The notes under the pieces: generated by a model | Databases searched by the model: none | Seen by the model: only the letters and a program-made list of their open reading frames with translations | Told to the model about the DNA's origin: nothing | Made by a program: the position numbers and the translations under genes | Source: an uncultured Gemmatimonadales bacterium | GTDB lineage: Bacteria > Gemmatimonadota > Gemmatimonadetes > Gemmatimonadales > GWC2-71-9 | Reading direction: 5' to 3' | Length of the DNA stretch: 64,000 nt | Assembly: GCA_963739455.1 (NCBI GenBank) | Contig: CAVUAK010000001.1 | Span: forward strand, 928,001-992,000 | In this document: in pieces, positions 30,698 to 41,282 of the stretch | Position numbering within the stretch: position 1 is the stretch's first letter | How the letters are laid out: each line of letters starts with the position of its first letter

Positions 30698-31178
30698 GTG
30701 ATCGAACCGATGAGCCCCCGGCGCGCGCTGCTGCTCGGGGCACTGACCGTGGGCGTACTGGACATTGTCGATGCGCTCGCCTTCTTCGGCATGCGGGGAG
30801 TGCCGCCGCTGCGCATCCTGCAGGCGATTGCGTCGGGACTGGTGGGCAGTGAAGCGGCAGTCGCTGGCGGCCTCGGGATGGCCGTGCTCGGACTGGTGCT
30901 GCACTTCCTCATCGCCTTCATCATTGTCTTCGTCTTCTACCGGGCCAGCCTCAAGGCTGCCCATCCTGACGCGCTTCCCGGTCATCTTGCGGCGCGCTGT
31001 ATGGAGTGGCGGTCTACTTCTTCATGACCCTCGTGATCGTCCCGCTTCGGCAATCCACGCGATCCGCGCGTTGCCGTCGCTGCCGGTGCTGGTGAACGGA
31101 CTGCTCATTCACGCCTTCGGGGTGGGAATCCCGGCGGCACTGTTCTCGCGCGCTGCCACGCGGTCGCCGGCGGCGTGA
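30698..31178 (+). CDS. Hypothetical 4-TM membrane protein (frameshifted)
   Basis: AGGAG RBS; ILQAIASGLVG...LGLVLHFLIA...LIHAFGVGIP. Confidence 0.7.
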
Positions 31179-31752
31179 CCGCCGGCTGGTGTACCGGGTC
31201 ATGGCGCCGCGGCGCGAGTGGTGCTCTGGCGCTCGGCGCCATGGCCGCCACACCGTCCCGGGCCCAGGGCCAGGACATCGGTGCGACGGCGCCCGACTTC
31301 ACCGCGCCTTACGTCGCCGACAGCGCCGCGCCACCGTGGCATTTCTGGGCGCGTGACTCGGTCCCCGTCACGATCCTCAGCTTCTGGGCCACCTGGTGCA
31401 AGCCGTGCGAGACACTGCACCCCTGGATGGAAGCCTGGCCCGCGACTACGCGTCGCGCGGTGTCCGCGTCGTGACCATCAACATGCGCGAGCCGGCAGAC
31501 TCGATCCGCCGCCTGCTCGCGGCCGATGCCGGCTCCGTCACGCTCGACGTGCTCGATCCCGACGGGCACATCACGCAGCTCTACACCGTGACGGCGGTTC
31601 CCACCACGCTGCTGGTGGCCCCGGGCAACGTGGTGCTGCGACGCTTTGAAGGGGTTGCGGCCGCGATGAACGGCATCGAGCCGGTACTGGACCGAATCCT
31701 TGGCCCTGCGACCACGGCAGTGAAGCCGGCGTCGCGCGGCTGCTCGGAATAG
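31175..31752 (+). CDS. TlpA/thioredoxin-like disulfide reductase (frameshift near 31435)
   Basis: GATAPDF, FWATWCKPC, YTVTAVPTT. Confidence 0.82.
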
Positions 31753-31758
31753 CGCCAC

Positions 31759-32533
31759 ATGCTCCTCGCCCTGACGCGCGACGTAAGCCCGGCCATGGCC
31801 GCGTGCGAGCTGACACACCTCGCGCGCGTGCCGATCGACCCCGCGGTTGCGGCGAGCCAGCACCACCAGTACGAACGGGCGCTCGAGCAGCTCGGCTGCC
31901 GGGTGGAGCATGTGGCACCGGCGCCGGCGCTGCCCGATTCGGTGTTCATCGAGGACACCGCGGTCGTGGTGGATGAGCTGGCCGTCATGTCGCGGCCCGG
32001 CGCCGTGTCGCGGCAGGCCGGAGGTGGAGGACGTGGCCGAGTGCGTTGCGTCACTATCGGCCGCTCGCCTCGATCGCGGCGCCCGGCATGCTCGACGGCG
32101 GTGACGTGCTGCGGGTTGGCCGCGTGCTCTACGTGGGCCAGTCCGGCTCGCACGAACGACGAAGGGATCGCGGCAGCTGCGAGGCCACCTGTCGCCGCTC
32201 GGGTACGAGGTCCGCGCGGTGCGTCCCACCGGGTGCCTTCATCTCAAGACCGCCGTCACGGCGGTGTCGGACGGTGCCGTGCTCCTCAATCCCGCATGGA
32301 TCTCGCCGGGCCTCTTCGATGGGCTCGATATCATCGAGATCGATCCCTCGGAGCCGTTCGCCGCCAATGTCGTGCGCGTCGAGAATGCCGTGCTCACCGC
32401 GTCGGCATTTCCCCGCACGCGGCGCATCCTGGAAGACCGCGGCGTCACGGTACACGTCGTCGATGTCTCCGAACTCGCCAAGGCCGAGGGCGCCGTGACC
32501 TGCTGCAGCATCCTGCTCAGCGTGGACCGATGA
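31759..32533 (+). CDS. Dimethylarginine dimethylaminohydrolase (amidinotransferase family; frameshifted)
   Basis: LPDSVFIEDTAV, LDGGDVL, CLHLKT, ELAKAEGAVTCCSI. Confidence 0.88.
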
Positions 32534-32892
32534 AGCGTCCTCCCCCGGGGAGAGGCAGCATCGTCTACTCCACGGAGCTGGGGCGGATGTGCCCGTCGTG
32601 CGGCAAGCCGCTCACCTACTGCGCCTGCAAGCAGGCGAAGGCGCCGATCGGCGACGGCAACGTGCGCGTGGGGCGGGAGACGAAGGGACGGAAGGGCAAG
32701 GGCGTCACGATCATCACCGGCGTTCCGCTGGGCGGCACCGAGCTGCAGGCACTGGCGACGCACCTCAAGAAGCGCTGTGGATCGGGCGGGACACTCAAGG
32801 ACGGGGTCATCGAGGTGCAAGGTGACCACCGCGACCTCGTGGTGGAGGAACTGCAGAAGCGTGGCTGGAGCGTGAAGCGCTCCGGCGGCTGA
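32530..32892 (+). CDS. yciH: Translation initiation factor Sui1/eIF1 family
   Basis: VYSTELG.CP.C; RETKGRKGKGVT; LKKRCGSGGT; IEVQGDHR. Confidence 0.92.
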   Translation: MKRPPPGRGSIVYSTELGRMCPSCGKPLTYCACKQAKAPIGDGNVRVGRETKGRKGKGVTIITGVPLGGTELQALATHLKKRCGSGGTLKDGVIEVQGDHRDLVVEELQKRGWSVKRSGG

Positions 32893-32896
32893 CGGG

Positions 32897-33553
32897 ATGC
32901 TCGTACCGCAACTGAACGGCGCCGAAGCGGAACTCACCACCGCCGCCACCGATGCGCTGCTGACGGTGGTGGTGATGGTCGGCATTGCGTGGCTCTGTCG
33001 TGTGGTCCCGCCCTCGACGCGCCGCACATTGTGGGTGCGCGGGCTGGCACTCTTCGCTGTCGCCGGGGCACTTGGCGTGTTCGTGCACGGTTTCGACCTC
33101 GACCCCGGCACACGCACGCTGCTGTGGCAGCCCCTCTACCTCACGCTTGGCTCGGCGCTCGCCTTCTTCAGTGCCGGCGCCATCGGCGACTGGCGCGGCG
33201 ACGCCCACGCGCGACGCGCACTGCCGTTCCTCCTGGCCCTCGCATTCGCGTTCTACCTCCTCACCCGGTTGTCGGGGGGGAAGTTCCTCGTCTTCGTGAT
33301 CTTCGAGGCGGCGGCACTGCTCTTCGCCCTCGGCGTGTACCTGCGTCTCGCATTCAAGGGAAAACCGGGAGCCGCCTTCATGGTGCTCGGGCTGGTGCTG
33401 AGCCTCGCCGGTGGCGTGCTGCAGGCGAGCAGCCTGTCGGTGCATGCCATCTGGGAGTTCAATCACAACGGCCTGTATCACCTGGTGCAGCTCGTCGGCG
33501 TCGCCTTCCTGGTGGCCGGCCTGCGCGGTACGCTGTCGGTCCCACAATCATGA
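32897..33553 (+). CDS. Polytopic membrane protein (DUF6962-like)
   Basis: About 7 TM; ELTTAATD, VHG, FNHNGLYHLVQ. Confidence 0.7.
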   Translation: MLVPQLNGAEAELTTAATDALLTVVVMVGIAWLCRVVPPSTRRTLWVRGLALFAVAGALGVFVHGFDLDPGTRTLLWQPLYLTLGSALAFFSAGAIGDWRGDAHARRALPFLLALAFAFYLLTRLSGGKFLVFVIFEAAALLFALGVYLRLAFKGKPGAAFMVLGLVLSLAGGVLQASSLSVHAIWEFNHNGLYHLVQLVGVAFLVAGLRGTLSVPQS

Positions 33554-34413
33554 CCATCATCTTCGCCACCTGCCGTCACAAGCCCGCGCTCACCCCATCG
33601 GACGAATTGGTCGCGGCGCAGCTCCGTGCACGGGGAGTATCGGTGACCGCGGCACCCTGGGATTCGGTGGTGCCGGCACAACTCGACGAGGTGACGGTGT
33701 GCCTTCGCTCCACCTGGGACTATCACACGCGCAGTGAGGAGTTCCGTCGCTGGATCATGGCGCTGCGGGCGCACGGCGTGCGGGTCGTCAATCCGGCCGA
33801 GACCGTGCTCTGGAACATGGACAAGGAATGTCTCGGCTGGCTCGAGGCGCGAGGCATCACCATCCCGGAAACGCGATGGATCCCGCCCGGAAGCATCGTC
33901 GACGTGCATGCGCTGCTGCGGGAAGCGGGCTGGGAACGGGCCGTGCTCAAGCCACGAGTCTCCGCCACGGCGTACGGCACGCACCTGGTTGGGCCAGGCA
34001 CCGTGCTCGGCGATGAGCAGCTGCTCGCACTCCGGAGCGGTGGTGCGCTCCTTCAGGCGTTCGTGCCCGAGATCCAGTCAGCGGGTGAGATGTCGCTCGT
34101 GTTCATCGACGGCGCCTTCAGTCACGCCGTGATCAAGCGGCCGTCGTCGGGTGATTTTCGGGTGCAGCACGAATTCGGCGGCACCGCCGACCTGGCGGAC
34201 GCGACGGACGCGTCGCGGGATTTCGGGTCACGCGTGCTGGCAGCGATTCCCGTGGTCTGGGCCTACGCCCGCGTGGACGTTGTCGTCACCGGCCTTGGGC
34301 CGTTACTGATGGAGCTGGAGTTGATCGAACCCGATCTCTTCTTCACCTTTCACCCGGACGGTGCCAGTCGGCTTGGCAATGCCCTTCTTCGCGCAGGGGG
34401 ACGTCATGACTGA
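33550..34413 (+). CDS. ATP-grasp (RimK/glutathione synthetase-like) protein
   Basis: RSTWDY, WNMDK, VLKPRVSA, GEMSLVF, DFRVQ.EFGG, YARVD, LMELELIEP. Confidence 0.88.
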   Translation: MTIIFATCRHKPALTPSDELVAAQLRARGVSVTAAPWDSVVPAQLDEVTVCLRSTWDYHTRSEEFRRWIMALRAHGVRVVNPAETVLWNMDKECLGWLEARGITIPETRWIPPGSIVDVHALLREAGWERAVLKPRVSATAYGTHLVGPGTVLGDEQLLALRSGGALLQAFVPEIQSAGEMSLVFIDGAFSHAVIKRPSSGDFRVQHEFGGTADLADATDASRDFGSRVLAAIPVVWAYARVDVVVTGLGPLLMELELIEPDLFFTFHPDGASRLGNALLRAGGRHD

Positions 34414-35212
34414 TGCGAATGCCCGGTTCACGGGCTCCATCCCGGCAGCGTATCACGAGTATCTCGGCCCGCTCTTCTTCCAGCCATACGCGGACGACCT
34501 GGCGACACGCGTGGCGGCGCATGCTCCGCTCGACATACTCGAGGTCGCGTGTGGCACCGGCATCGTCACCTCTGCGCTGGGTGCCGCGCTGCCACGGGTC
34601 ACCCTCATCGCGACCGACCTCAACGACGCGATGATCGACTTTGCCCGCGGCGTGGTCCCGGCCAGGCCGCAGCTCTCATGGCGTCAGGCCGACGCCTGTG
34701 CCCTGCCGTTCGAGGATGCCCAGTTCGACGTCGTCACCTGCCAGTTCGGGCTCATGTTCGTTCCCGACAAGCTCCTGGCCATGACGGAAGCGCGGCGCGT
34801 GCTGCGCCCCGGGGGCTGGTTCCTCTTCAATGTCTGGGATTCGCTGGGAACAAACCCGTCGGCCAGTACCACGAAGGACGCGGTGACGGGACTCTTCCCT
34901 GACAATCCCCCCACGTTCTATGACGTGCCGTTCGGATTTCATGACCGGAGCTTGCTTCGCCAGCTGCTGACCGAGGCGGGATTCCGCGACATCGCGCTGG
35001 ACACGGTGACCCTCGAGGCGCGCGCGCCGAGCGCGCATCATGCGGCTACCGGACTCGTCACCGGCAGCCCGGCACTCACCGCGATTCAGGAACGAGGCGT
35101 GACTGATCCGGGGCCCGTGATTGCCACCGTCGCGGATGCCCTCGCGAAGCAGGGCGGGGCGGCGCCCTTCACAGTTCCCATGCAGGCAATCGTGGTCTCG
35201 GCCCGCGCCTGA
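34406..35212 (+). CDS. Class I SAM-dependent methyltransferase (UbiE-like)
   Basis: ILEVACGTG, ADACALPF, VTCQFGLMF, RVLRPGG. Confidence 0.92.
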   Translation: MTDANARFTGSIPAAYHEYLGPLFFQPYADDLATRVAAHAPLDILEVACGTGIVTSALGAALPRVTLIATDLNDAMIDFARGVVPARPQLSWRQADACALPFEDAQFDVVTCQFGLMFVPDKLLAMTEARRVLRPGGWFLFNVWDSLGTNPSASTTKDAVTGLFPDNPPTFYDVPFGFHDRSLLRQLLTEAGFRDIALDTVTLEARAPSAHHAATGLVTGSPALTAIQERGVTDPGPVIATVADALAKQGGAAPFTVPMQAIVVSARA

Positions 35213-35320
35213 ATGACGGGTCGCCCCTCGCGAAAGGGGCCCGAACCAACGACCTTACCGCGGAGCAGCGGCGCCGGATTGTCCGATCGCCGGCCCGTTT
35301 TCAACGAACAAGGATTCATC

Positions 35321-36715
35321 GTGCCTTTCAGTAGCCTCAAGCTTCACCCCAGCCTCCTCCAGGGCGTGAAGGAACTCGGCTTCACCCGCGCCACCCCGAT
35401 CCAGGAAGCAGCGATCCCGCCGGCCATGGAAGGCCGCGATATCCTCGCCTGCGCGATGACCGGCAGCGGCAAGACCGCGGCATTCATCCTCCCGATCGTG
35501 CACCAGCTCATCGATCGCCCTCGCGGCACGACACGCGCCCTCGTGCTCACGCCCACGCGAGAGCTCGCGGCACAGATCTACGAGGACTTGAAGGACTTGG
35601 CTGTGCATACGCCGATTTCCGGCGCCGCCGTGTTCGGTGGCGTCGGCATGGGTCCGCAGGAGCATGCCTTCCGGAGCGGAGTGGACGTAATCATCGCCAC
35701 GCCGGGGCGCCTGCTCGATCATTTCCGCCAGCCGTACGCGAAGCTGGCCGGTCTCGAGTACCTCGTGCTGGATGAAGCCGACCGGATGCTCGACATGGGC
35801 TTCCTCCCCGACATCAAGAAGGTGCTGCGGCACCTTCCGCCCAAGCGGCAGACCTTCTTCTTCAGCGCCACCATGCCTGCCCCGATCGGCGTCCTCGCGA
35901 AGGAGATGCTGAAGACGCCCTTCACCATCAACGTCGAGCGGCAGTCTGCGCCGGCCGTGGGCATCACGCAGGCCGTCTATCCGGTGGCGCAGGAGCTGAA
36001 GGGCGCCCTCTTCCTGGCGCTGCTCAAGCGCGGCGAGATGAAGGAGGCGCTGGTCTTCACCCGCACCAAGCATCGCGCCAACCGGCTGGCCGACTACCTG
36101 GTGAAGCAGGGCATCAAGGCGGCGCGGATCCATGGCAACCGGTCGCAGGCACAGCGCACCGATGCGCTCGCCGGCTTCAAGGACGGGCGCTATCGTGTGC
36201 TCGTGGCCACCGACATCGCGGCGCGAGGCATCGACATCGAGGAGCTGGGTCACGTCGTCAACTTCGACGTGCCGCTCGCGTCGGAGGACTACATCCATCG
36301 CGTCGGCCGCACGGCACGCGCGTCGGCCACCGGCGACGCCTTCACCTTCGTGTCACCGCAGGAAGAGGGCGAGCTCCGGAACATCGAGCGCGCGGTCGGA
36401 AAGCGCCTGCCGCGCGTTACCGTCCCCGATTTCGACTACTCGGCCAAGCCGGAAGGACAGCTCGAAATCCCGCTCGCCGAGCGCATCGCCGTCATCCGCG
36501 CCAAGAAGGCGGAGGACCGGGCGCGTGCCAAGGCGAAGGAGGCGCGCAGGGCAGCAGGTGGCAATCCTGGTGGCAACAGCGGCGGCGGTGGTCGCAGTGG
36601 CGGCGGCCGCCCCGGTGCACCCGGGAGCGGCCGGAGTGGCGGGAGTGGCTCAGGTGGCCCGTCGCGCGGCGGCGGCGCGCCCCGGCGTGGTGGCGGTGGG
36701 CATCGCGGCGGCTGA
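35321..36715 (+). CDS. rhlE: DEAD-box RNA helicase (RhlE-like) with Gly/Arg-rich tail
   Basis: Q motif TPIQ, AMTGSGKT, PTRELA, DEAD, SAT, ARGID, HRVGRTAR. Confidence 0.93.
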   Translation: MPFSSLKLHPSLLQGVKELGFTRATPIQEAAIPPAMEGRDILACAMTGSGKTAAFILPIVHQLIDRPRGTTRALVLTPTRELAAQIYEDLKDLAVHTPISGAAVFGGVGMGPQEHAFRSGVDVIIATPGRLLDHFRQPYAKLAGLEYLVLDEADRMLDMGFLPDIKKVLRHLPPKRQTFFFSATMPAPIGVLAKEMLKTPFTINVERQSAPAVGITQAVYPVAQELKGALFLALLKRGEMKEALVFTRTKHRANRLADYLVKQGIKAARIHGNRSQAQRTDALAGFKDGRYRVLVATDIAARGIDIEELGHVVNFDVPLASEDYIHRVGRTARASATGDAFTFVSPQEEGELRNIERAVGKRLPRVTVPDFDYSAKPEGQLEIPLAERIAVIRAKKAEDRARAKAKEARRAAGGNPGGNSGGGGRSGGGRPGAPGSGRSGGSGSGGPSRGGGAPRRGGGGHRGG

Positions 36716-37196
36716 GGCCCGCGCGCTCGGCGCTGTATTGCTGCTCGGCCTTGTTGCGCGACCTGCCATCGCGCAACAGGCGGCCTGGGTCGTGGGACCG
36801 GAGGCAAAGCTCGGCCTCCAGCAACTCTGGGCGACGAGCCTTGGTTTGCGTCGCGAGCAGGTTGCCTGCATTGGCGGCAGCATCACCCCGGACACGGTGC
36901 GCGTGATTCGCCTGCGCCCGGTCGAGGAGTACTCCGACTCCCTCACCGCGTCAGCACAGGCATCGCTTGCCACCTGCTCACCACCCGAGTGGATCGGCAT
37001 GGTCCACTCGCACGTGCGCTCGACCGACGACGACGCGCCCGCCTCGCGCTTCAGCCCTGGTGATCGCGCCGTGATGTCGGAGTGGTCCCAGCGCTGGGGC
37101 GGCCAGGGCGCCTTCTGCATCGTGTACAGTGCGCAGAACCTGCACTGCGAAGTGTATCCGCCACGTCATGCCCGAACCGCCGAGGACAGCAACTGA
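36696..37196 (+). CDS. Hypothetical exported protein with JAMM/MPN-like motif (start uncertain, GTG 36687-36696 or TTG 36738)
   Basis: Signal-like VLLLGLVARPAIA-QQ; RREQVAC...WIGMVHSH...FSPGD. Confidence 0.6.
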   Translation: MGIAAAEARALGAVLLLGLVARPAIAQQAAWVVGPEAKLGLQQLWATSLGLRREQVACIGGSITPDTVRVIRLRPVEEYSDSLTASAQASLATCSPPEWIGMVHSHVRSTDDDAPASRFSPGDRAVMSEWSQRWGGQGAFCIVYSAQNLHCEVYPPRHARTAEDSN

Positions 37197-37984
37197 TGAC
37201 ATGGCTCTACCACAACCTTCCGACCTGGCTGATCGGCGTGCTGATCATCGGGTCATTCGCGGTGCTGGCAGTACTCGGCCTCCTCCTGTTCCGGCGCCTC
37301 ACGCAGGCGCGACTGAACCTCAACGAGGAGATGAACAACGACATCATCTTCTTCGCCTCGGCCATCGGCGTCTTCTACAGCCTCATGGCGGGCTTGATGT
37401 CGGTGGCGGTCTGGGGGAACTACGCGTCGGTGCAGGACATCGTGTCGCAGGAAGCCTCATCCATCGCAGCATTCTACCGGGACGTGACCAGCCTGCCCGA
37501 GCCAGCCCGCAGCAGGCTGCAGGAGCAGCTGCGCGAGTACAACGCGTTCATCATCGAGCAGACCTGGCCTGCCCAGCGCCGCGGCGTCATCCTGGACGAT
37601 GCCACCCGGAAGGTAAACGTCCTCGCTGACAGCCTCTTCGCCTTCAACCCGGCCACGCTGGGCGAGCAGGCGCGCTATGCCGAGACCCTGCGCCAGTTCA
37701 ACCACATGGTCGAGCTCCGCCGGAAGCGCATCAACTCACTCGGTGGCGCCTTGCCGCCGGTGATGTGGGGCATCATGCTGATCGGTGCCGTGCTGAGCCT
37801 CACGGTCACCTACCTGCTCAAGATCGACACGCCGATCCAGGTCATGCTGACGGCGTTCCTCGCGACGTTCATCGGCCTGGTGGTATTCGTGATGGCGGGA
37901 CTGGACAGCCCGCTCAGCGGGCCGCTCGCCATCGAGCCTACCGCATACCAGCTGGTCCAGGACCGGCTCATCAACCTGAAGTAG
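37196..37984 (+). CDS. DUF4239 (bestrophin-like) membrane protein
   Basis: IGVFYSL...AVWGNY...EAS...ELRRKRI...LDSPLSGPLAIEP. Confidence 0.8.
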   Translation: MTWLYHNLPTWLIGVLIIGSFAVLAVLGLLLFRRLTQARLNLNEEMNNDIIFFASAIGVFYSLMAGLMSVAVWGNYASVQDIVSQEASSIAAFYRDVTSLPEPARSRLQEQLREYNAFIIEQTWPAQRRGVILDDATRKVNVLADSLFAFNPATLGEQARYAETLRQFNHMVELRRKRINSLGGALPPVMWGIMLIGAVLSLTVTYLLKIDTPIQVMLTAFLATFIGLVVFVMAGLDSPLSGPLAIEPTAYQLVQDRLINLK

Positions 37985-37999
37985 CCAGGTCGACCAGGG

Positions 38000-39944
38000 T
38001 CAGCCGGCCAGCGCGCTCAGGGCCTCTACCGCAGCAGTCCAGCGGTTCAGTGCCTCGTCGTGCGCCCGGCGTGTTTCCTTGAGCTCGGCGTCGATCTTCT
38101 TCGCCTTCTTCGTGCCTTCCGCACCACCGCTATACAGGGACGGATCGGCCAGTGCCGACTCCAGCTCGCCAACCCTGGCTTCCAGCCGATGCACTTCCTT
38201 CTCTCTCGCGAGCGCGTCCCGCTCGGCGGTGCGCCGTAGCGACTCGACGTTGCGCTCCGGAGACCTGCGCCGCCTCGGCCTTCGCTGCCTTCCTCTGTGC
38301 CGTGGCCTCGACCTGCGCTGCTGCGCTGCGCCGAGCCGTTCGCTCGGCCGCATGCAGTTCCCACTCGACGAACGGCCCGCCGTAGTCCTCGAGATGCGTG
38401 CCGTCGAAGGCCCACACCCTGGTGGACAGCTCGCGCAGGAAGGCCCGGTCGTGGCTCACGAGGATGACGGTACCCTCGTAGTCCTCGAGCGCGTCTTCCA
38501 CCGCCTCGATCGACTCGACGTCGAGATGGTTGGTCGGCTCGTCGAGGATGAGCAGGTTGGCCCGCGCGAGGGTGATGAGCGCCAGCGCCACGCGGGCGCG
38601 CTCGCCACCGGAGAGCACCGAGGTATTGCGCAGCACCTCGTCACCGGAGAAGCCGAAGGCGCCGAGGTGATTCTGGATCCTTCCGCGCGTCCACTCGGGC
38701 CGGAGGTCGGCGATGCAGTCGTAGATCGTCTTGTCGCGCGGCACCTGCGCCAGGTCCTGGCGAAACCACGCGGCGGAGACGGAACCGCCGAGTCGCGCCT
38801 CACCGCGCGCGGGCTTGCGGTCGCCGAGGAGTGTCGCGAGCAGTGTCGTCTTGCCGGCGCCGTTGGGCCCGACGAGGGCCACCACGTCGCTCCGGCGGGC
38901 CACGGCGGAGAAATCCTTCACCAGCACCCGGTCACCCACCATGACGTCGATCTTCTCGGCGACCAGTGCCTGGTCACCACCGCGCTCGTCGATCTCCAGG
39001 GTGAGTGACATCGCCTCGCCCTCGCCGGGCGGCGGCGAAAGCCGCGGCAGGCGCGACAGCTTCGCGCGGCGCCCCTTCGCCTGGTTGCTCATGCGACCGG
39101 CGATGTTGCGCCGGATGTAGTCCTCTTCCTTGGCGATGACCTTGCGCTGCTGTGCCACGGCGCGCGCGAGGGCCATTTCCCTCTCTGCCTTGAGGGTGAC
39201 GAACTGGGTGTAGCCGCCGCGATACTCGATGGCGGAATTGTTCGACACGTGCAGGATGTGATCGACGGTGTCGTCGAGGAAGGCGCGGTCATGGCTGATG
39301 ACCAGCACCGTCTCGCCGAACTCGCCGAGATACTCCTTGAGCCACTCGATGGTATCAAGGTCGAGATGGTTGGTGGGCTCGTCGAGGAGCACCAGGTCGG
39401 CCGGAGCGGCCAGCTGCGCGGCGAGGCCTACGCGTCCGCGCTCCCCGCCACTCAGCCCGACGACGCCGCGGGTCTTCGATTCCTCGGCGTCGAAGCCAAG
39501 TCCCTGGAGCACCTTGTCTACCCGGGCGTGAAATTCGTAGCCGCCCTGGTGCGCGAAGCGCTCCTGGTCGCGGCCGTAGCGCTCGAGGTCGGCCTCGGTG
39601 ACGCGATCGCCCAGCTCGGCCAGCCGCTCGCCCTGCTGCGCCAGGGAGTGTTCCAGCGCGATCACCTCGCGATACTCCAGTGCTGCCGCATCCCAGACGG
39701 TCGCTGCGGCGCCGAAGTCGCGATGCTGGTCGAGCATGGCGATGCGAAGGTTGGGCTGCTTCGCGATGGCGCCACGGGTGGGCTGCATCAAGCCAGCCAC
39801 GAGCCGGAACAGCGTGGTCTTGCCGGATCCGTTCCGGCCCACGATGCCCCAGCGCTCGCCGGCGGCCACGGTGAAGGTGACGTCCCGGAGCAGCGTGGTA
39901 GCGCCGAACTCCACGGCGACGTCGGACATTGAGAGGATAGTCAC
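38000..39944 (-). CDS. ABC-F family ATPase (Uup-like; frameshift near 38245)
   Basis: Two ABC domains (GRNGSGKT/GPNGAGKT, LSGGE, DEPTNHLD x2), no TM; coiled-coil tail LESALADPSLY in the shifted frame. Confidence 0.92.
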
Positions 39945-40031
39945 GCGCCTAATATGGCGAGGCTTGACTCCCGTCGCGCCTCCCGGCAACTAGCAGTCAC
40001 GAAATCGCCCGATTCCCCATGGAGAAGTGCC

Positions 40032-40532
40032 ATGCCAATTGCCCAGGCGCTGCTGCCCGAGTTCGACCACGAGATGAAGACCACCCGCACCGTGCTCGAG
40101 CGGATCCCGGAGGCAAAGGCCTCCTTCCGGCCGCACCCGAAGTCATTTCCCATGGGTGACCTCGGCTCACATGTCGCGAACCTGCCCGTCTGGGCCACCA
40201 TGACCCTGACACAGGCGGAGTTCGATACGGCACCCCCAGGCAGTCCGCCGCTCAAGGGACCGGGATTCGTGTCGGTGGAGGAGATGCTCCAGCGGTTCGA
40301 CGCCAATGTCGCCCAGGCGCGCGGGAACATCGCCGGCGCTACCGACGCCGACCTCATGGCGATGTGGAGCCTCAAGCGTGCCGGGGCCACCATCTTCACC
40401 CTGCCGCGCGCTGCCGTCCTCCGCTCGATGGTCCTCAGTCACATGATCCACCACCGGGGGCAGCTCACCGTCTACCTCCGCATGTGCGACGTGCCGCTCC
40501 CCCCGGTCTACGGCCCGACGGCCGACGCCTGA
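40032..40532 (+). CDS. DinB family protein
   Basis: LLPEFDHEMKTTR; HMIHHRGQLTVYLR...P.VYGP. Confidence 0.9.
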   Translation: MPIAQALLPEFDHEMKTTRTVLERIPEAKASFRPHPKSFPMGDLGSHVANLPVWATMTLTQAEFDTAPPGSPPLKGPGFVSVEEMLQRFDANVAQARGNIAGATDADLMAMWSLKRAGATIFTLPRAAVLRSMVLSHMIHHRGQLTVYLRMCDVPLPPVYGPTADA

Positions 40533-40550
40533 GCGGCGGGCATCCCGCGC

Positions 40551-41282
40551 ATGCCACTGATCCTGGGCATTCCATTTACCGCCTTTCTCGCAATCGCGGT
40601 CGCGGCATTGTCCAACCGCTTCGGGCTGGACCTTTACTGGGTGCTCGCCGGGCTCTCGGGGCTATGGGCGTGGCGCGACTCGGCGGAGCATGGACTGCAG
40701 CGCTTCGAGCGCATCTTCCCGCTCGAACCTCGTGCAGCGGGGTTCTCCGTCGCATTGGCATGGCCGGTGGCATTCCCCTGGTACCTGAGGCTCCGGTATC
40801 GCGCGTTGAGCGGCCGGATCACCGACCCGCCGCCGCGCCGCCGCGTTCGCGGGCCGCTCATCGCGCTCGGAATCGTTGGCGTCTGCCTCGCGGGATTCCT
40901 GCTCTGGTTTCCCCGCTTCATGGGCAACATCTCCGAGGTCACTTCCAAGGTCGGCGGGATCACCAGCGACCCGGTGGAGATCACCGTCGAAAACGGCCAG
41001 GACCTCACCATTGTCGTGGTGAATAGCAGGATCTCGGCGGATGACGAGGACGCCCAGAGGTTGCAGGCGATGCGCCTGGCGCGCACCGCCCGCGCCGCAT
41101 ACTCCCACCGGCGCGAGTTACGGCTCGTGCGCGTGAGTTATGTGCGCCGCGAGCGGGCCAGCGGCGGCATCGAATCGAGGGTGGAGTCGCAGTTCGAGTG
41201 GCCCGCGAATGAACTCACTGCGGATACCTGGATCACATTGCGGGACACGGGGGCAATTTCCCCGGGGAGCAGGACATCATGA
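40551..41282 (+). CDS. Hypothetical membrane protein
   Basis: Several TM segments (WPVAFPWYL) then a soluble domain; coupled to the next gene. Confidence 0.7.
   Translation: MPLILGIPFTAFLAIAVAALSNRFGLDLYWVLAGLSGLWAWRDSAEHGLQRFERIFPLEPRAAGFSVALAWPVAFPWYLRLRYRALSGRITDPPPRRRVRGPLIALGIVGVCLAGFLLWFPRFMGNISEVTSKVGGITSDPVEITVENGQDLTIVVVNSRISADDEDAQRLQAMRLARTARAAYSHRRELRLVRVSYVRRERASGGIESRVESQFEWPANELTADTWITLRDTGAISPGSRTS

Noticed and set aside
35217..35320. Riboswitch or thermosensor in the helicase leader (GCCCCT-CGCGAA-AGGGGC hairpin)
   Set aside because: No recognisable Rfam motif; cannot be supported without covariance analysis.
36540..36715. GGC-rich repeat region
   Set aside because: Encodes the ordinary Gly/Arg-rich tail of a DEAD-box helicase.
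36687..37196. CBASS/Bub-type ubiquitin-like defence operon around the JAMM-like gene
   Set aside because: No cyclase, E1, E2 or Ubl genes in the window.
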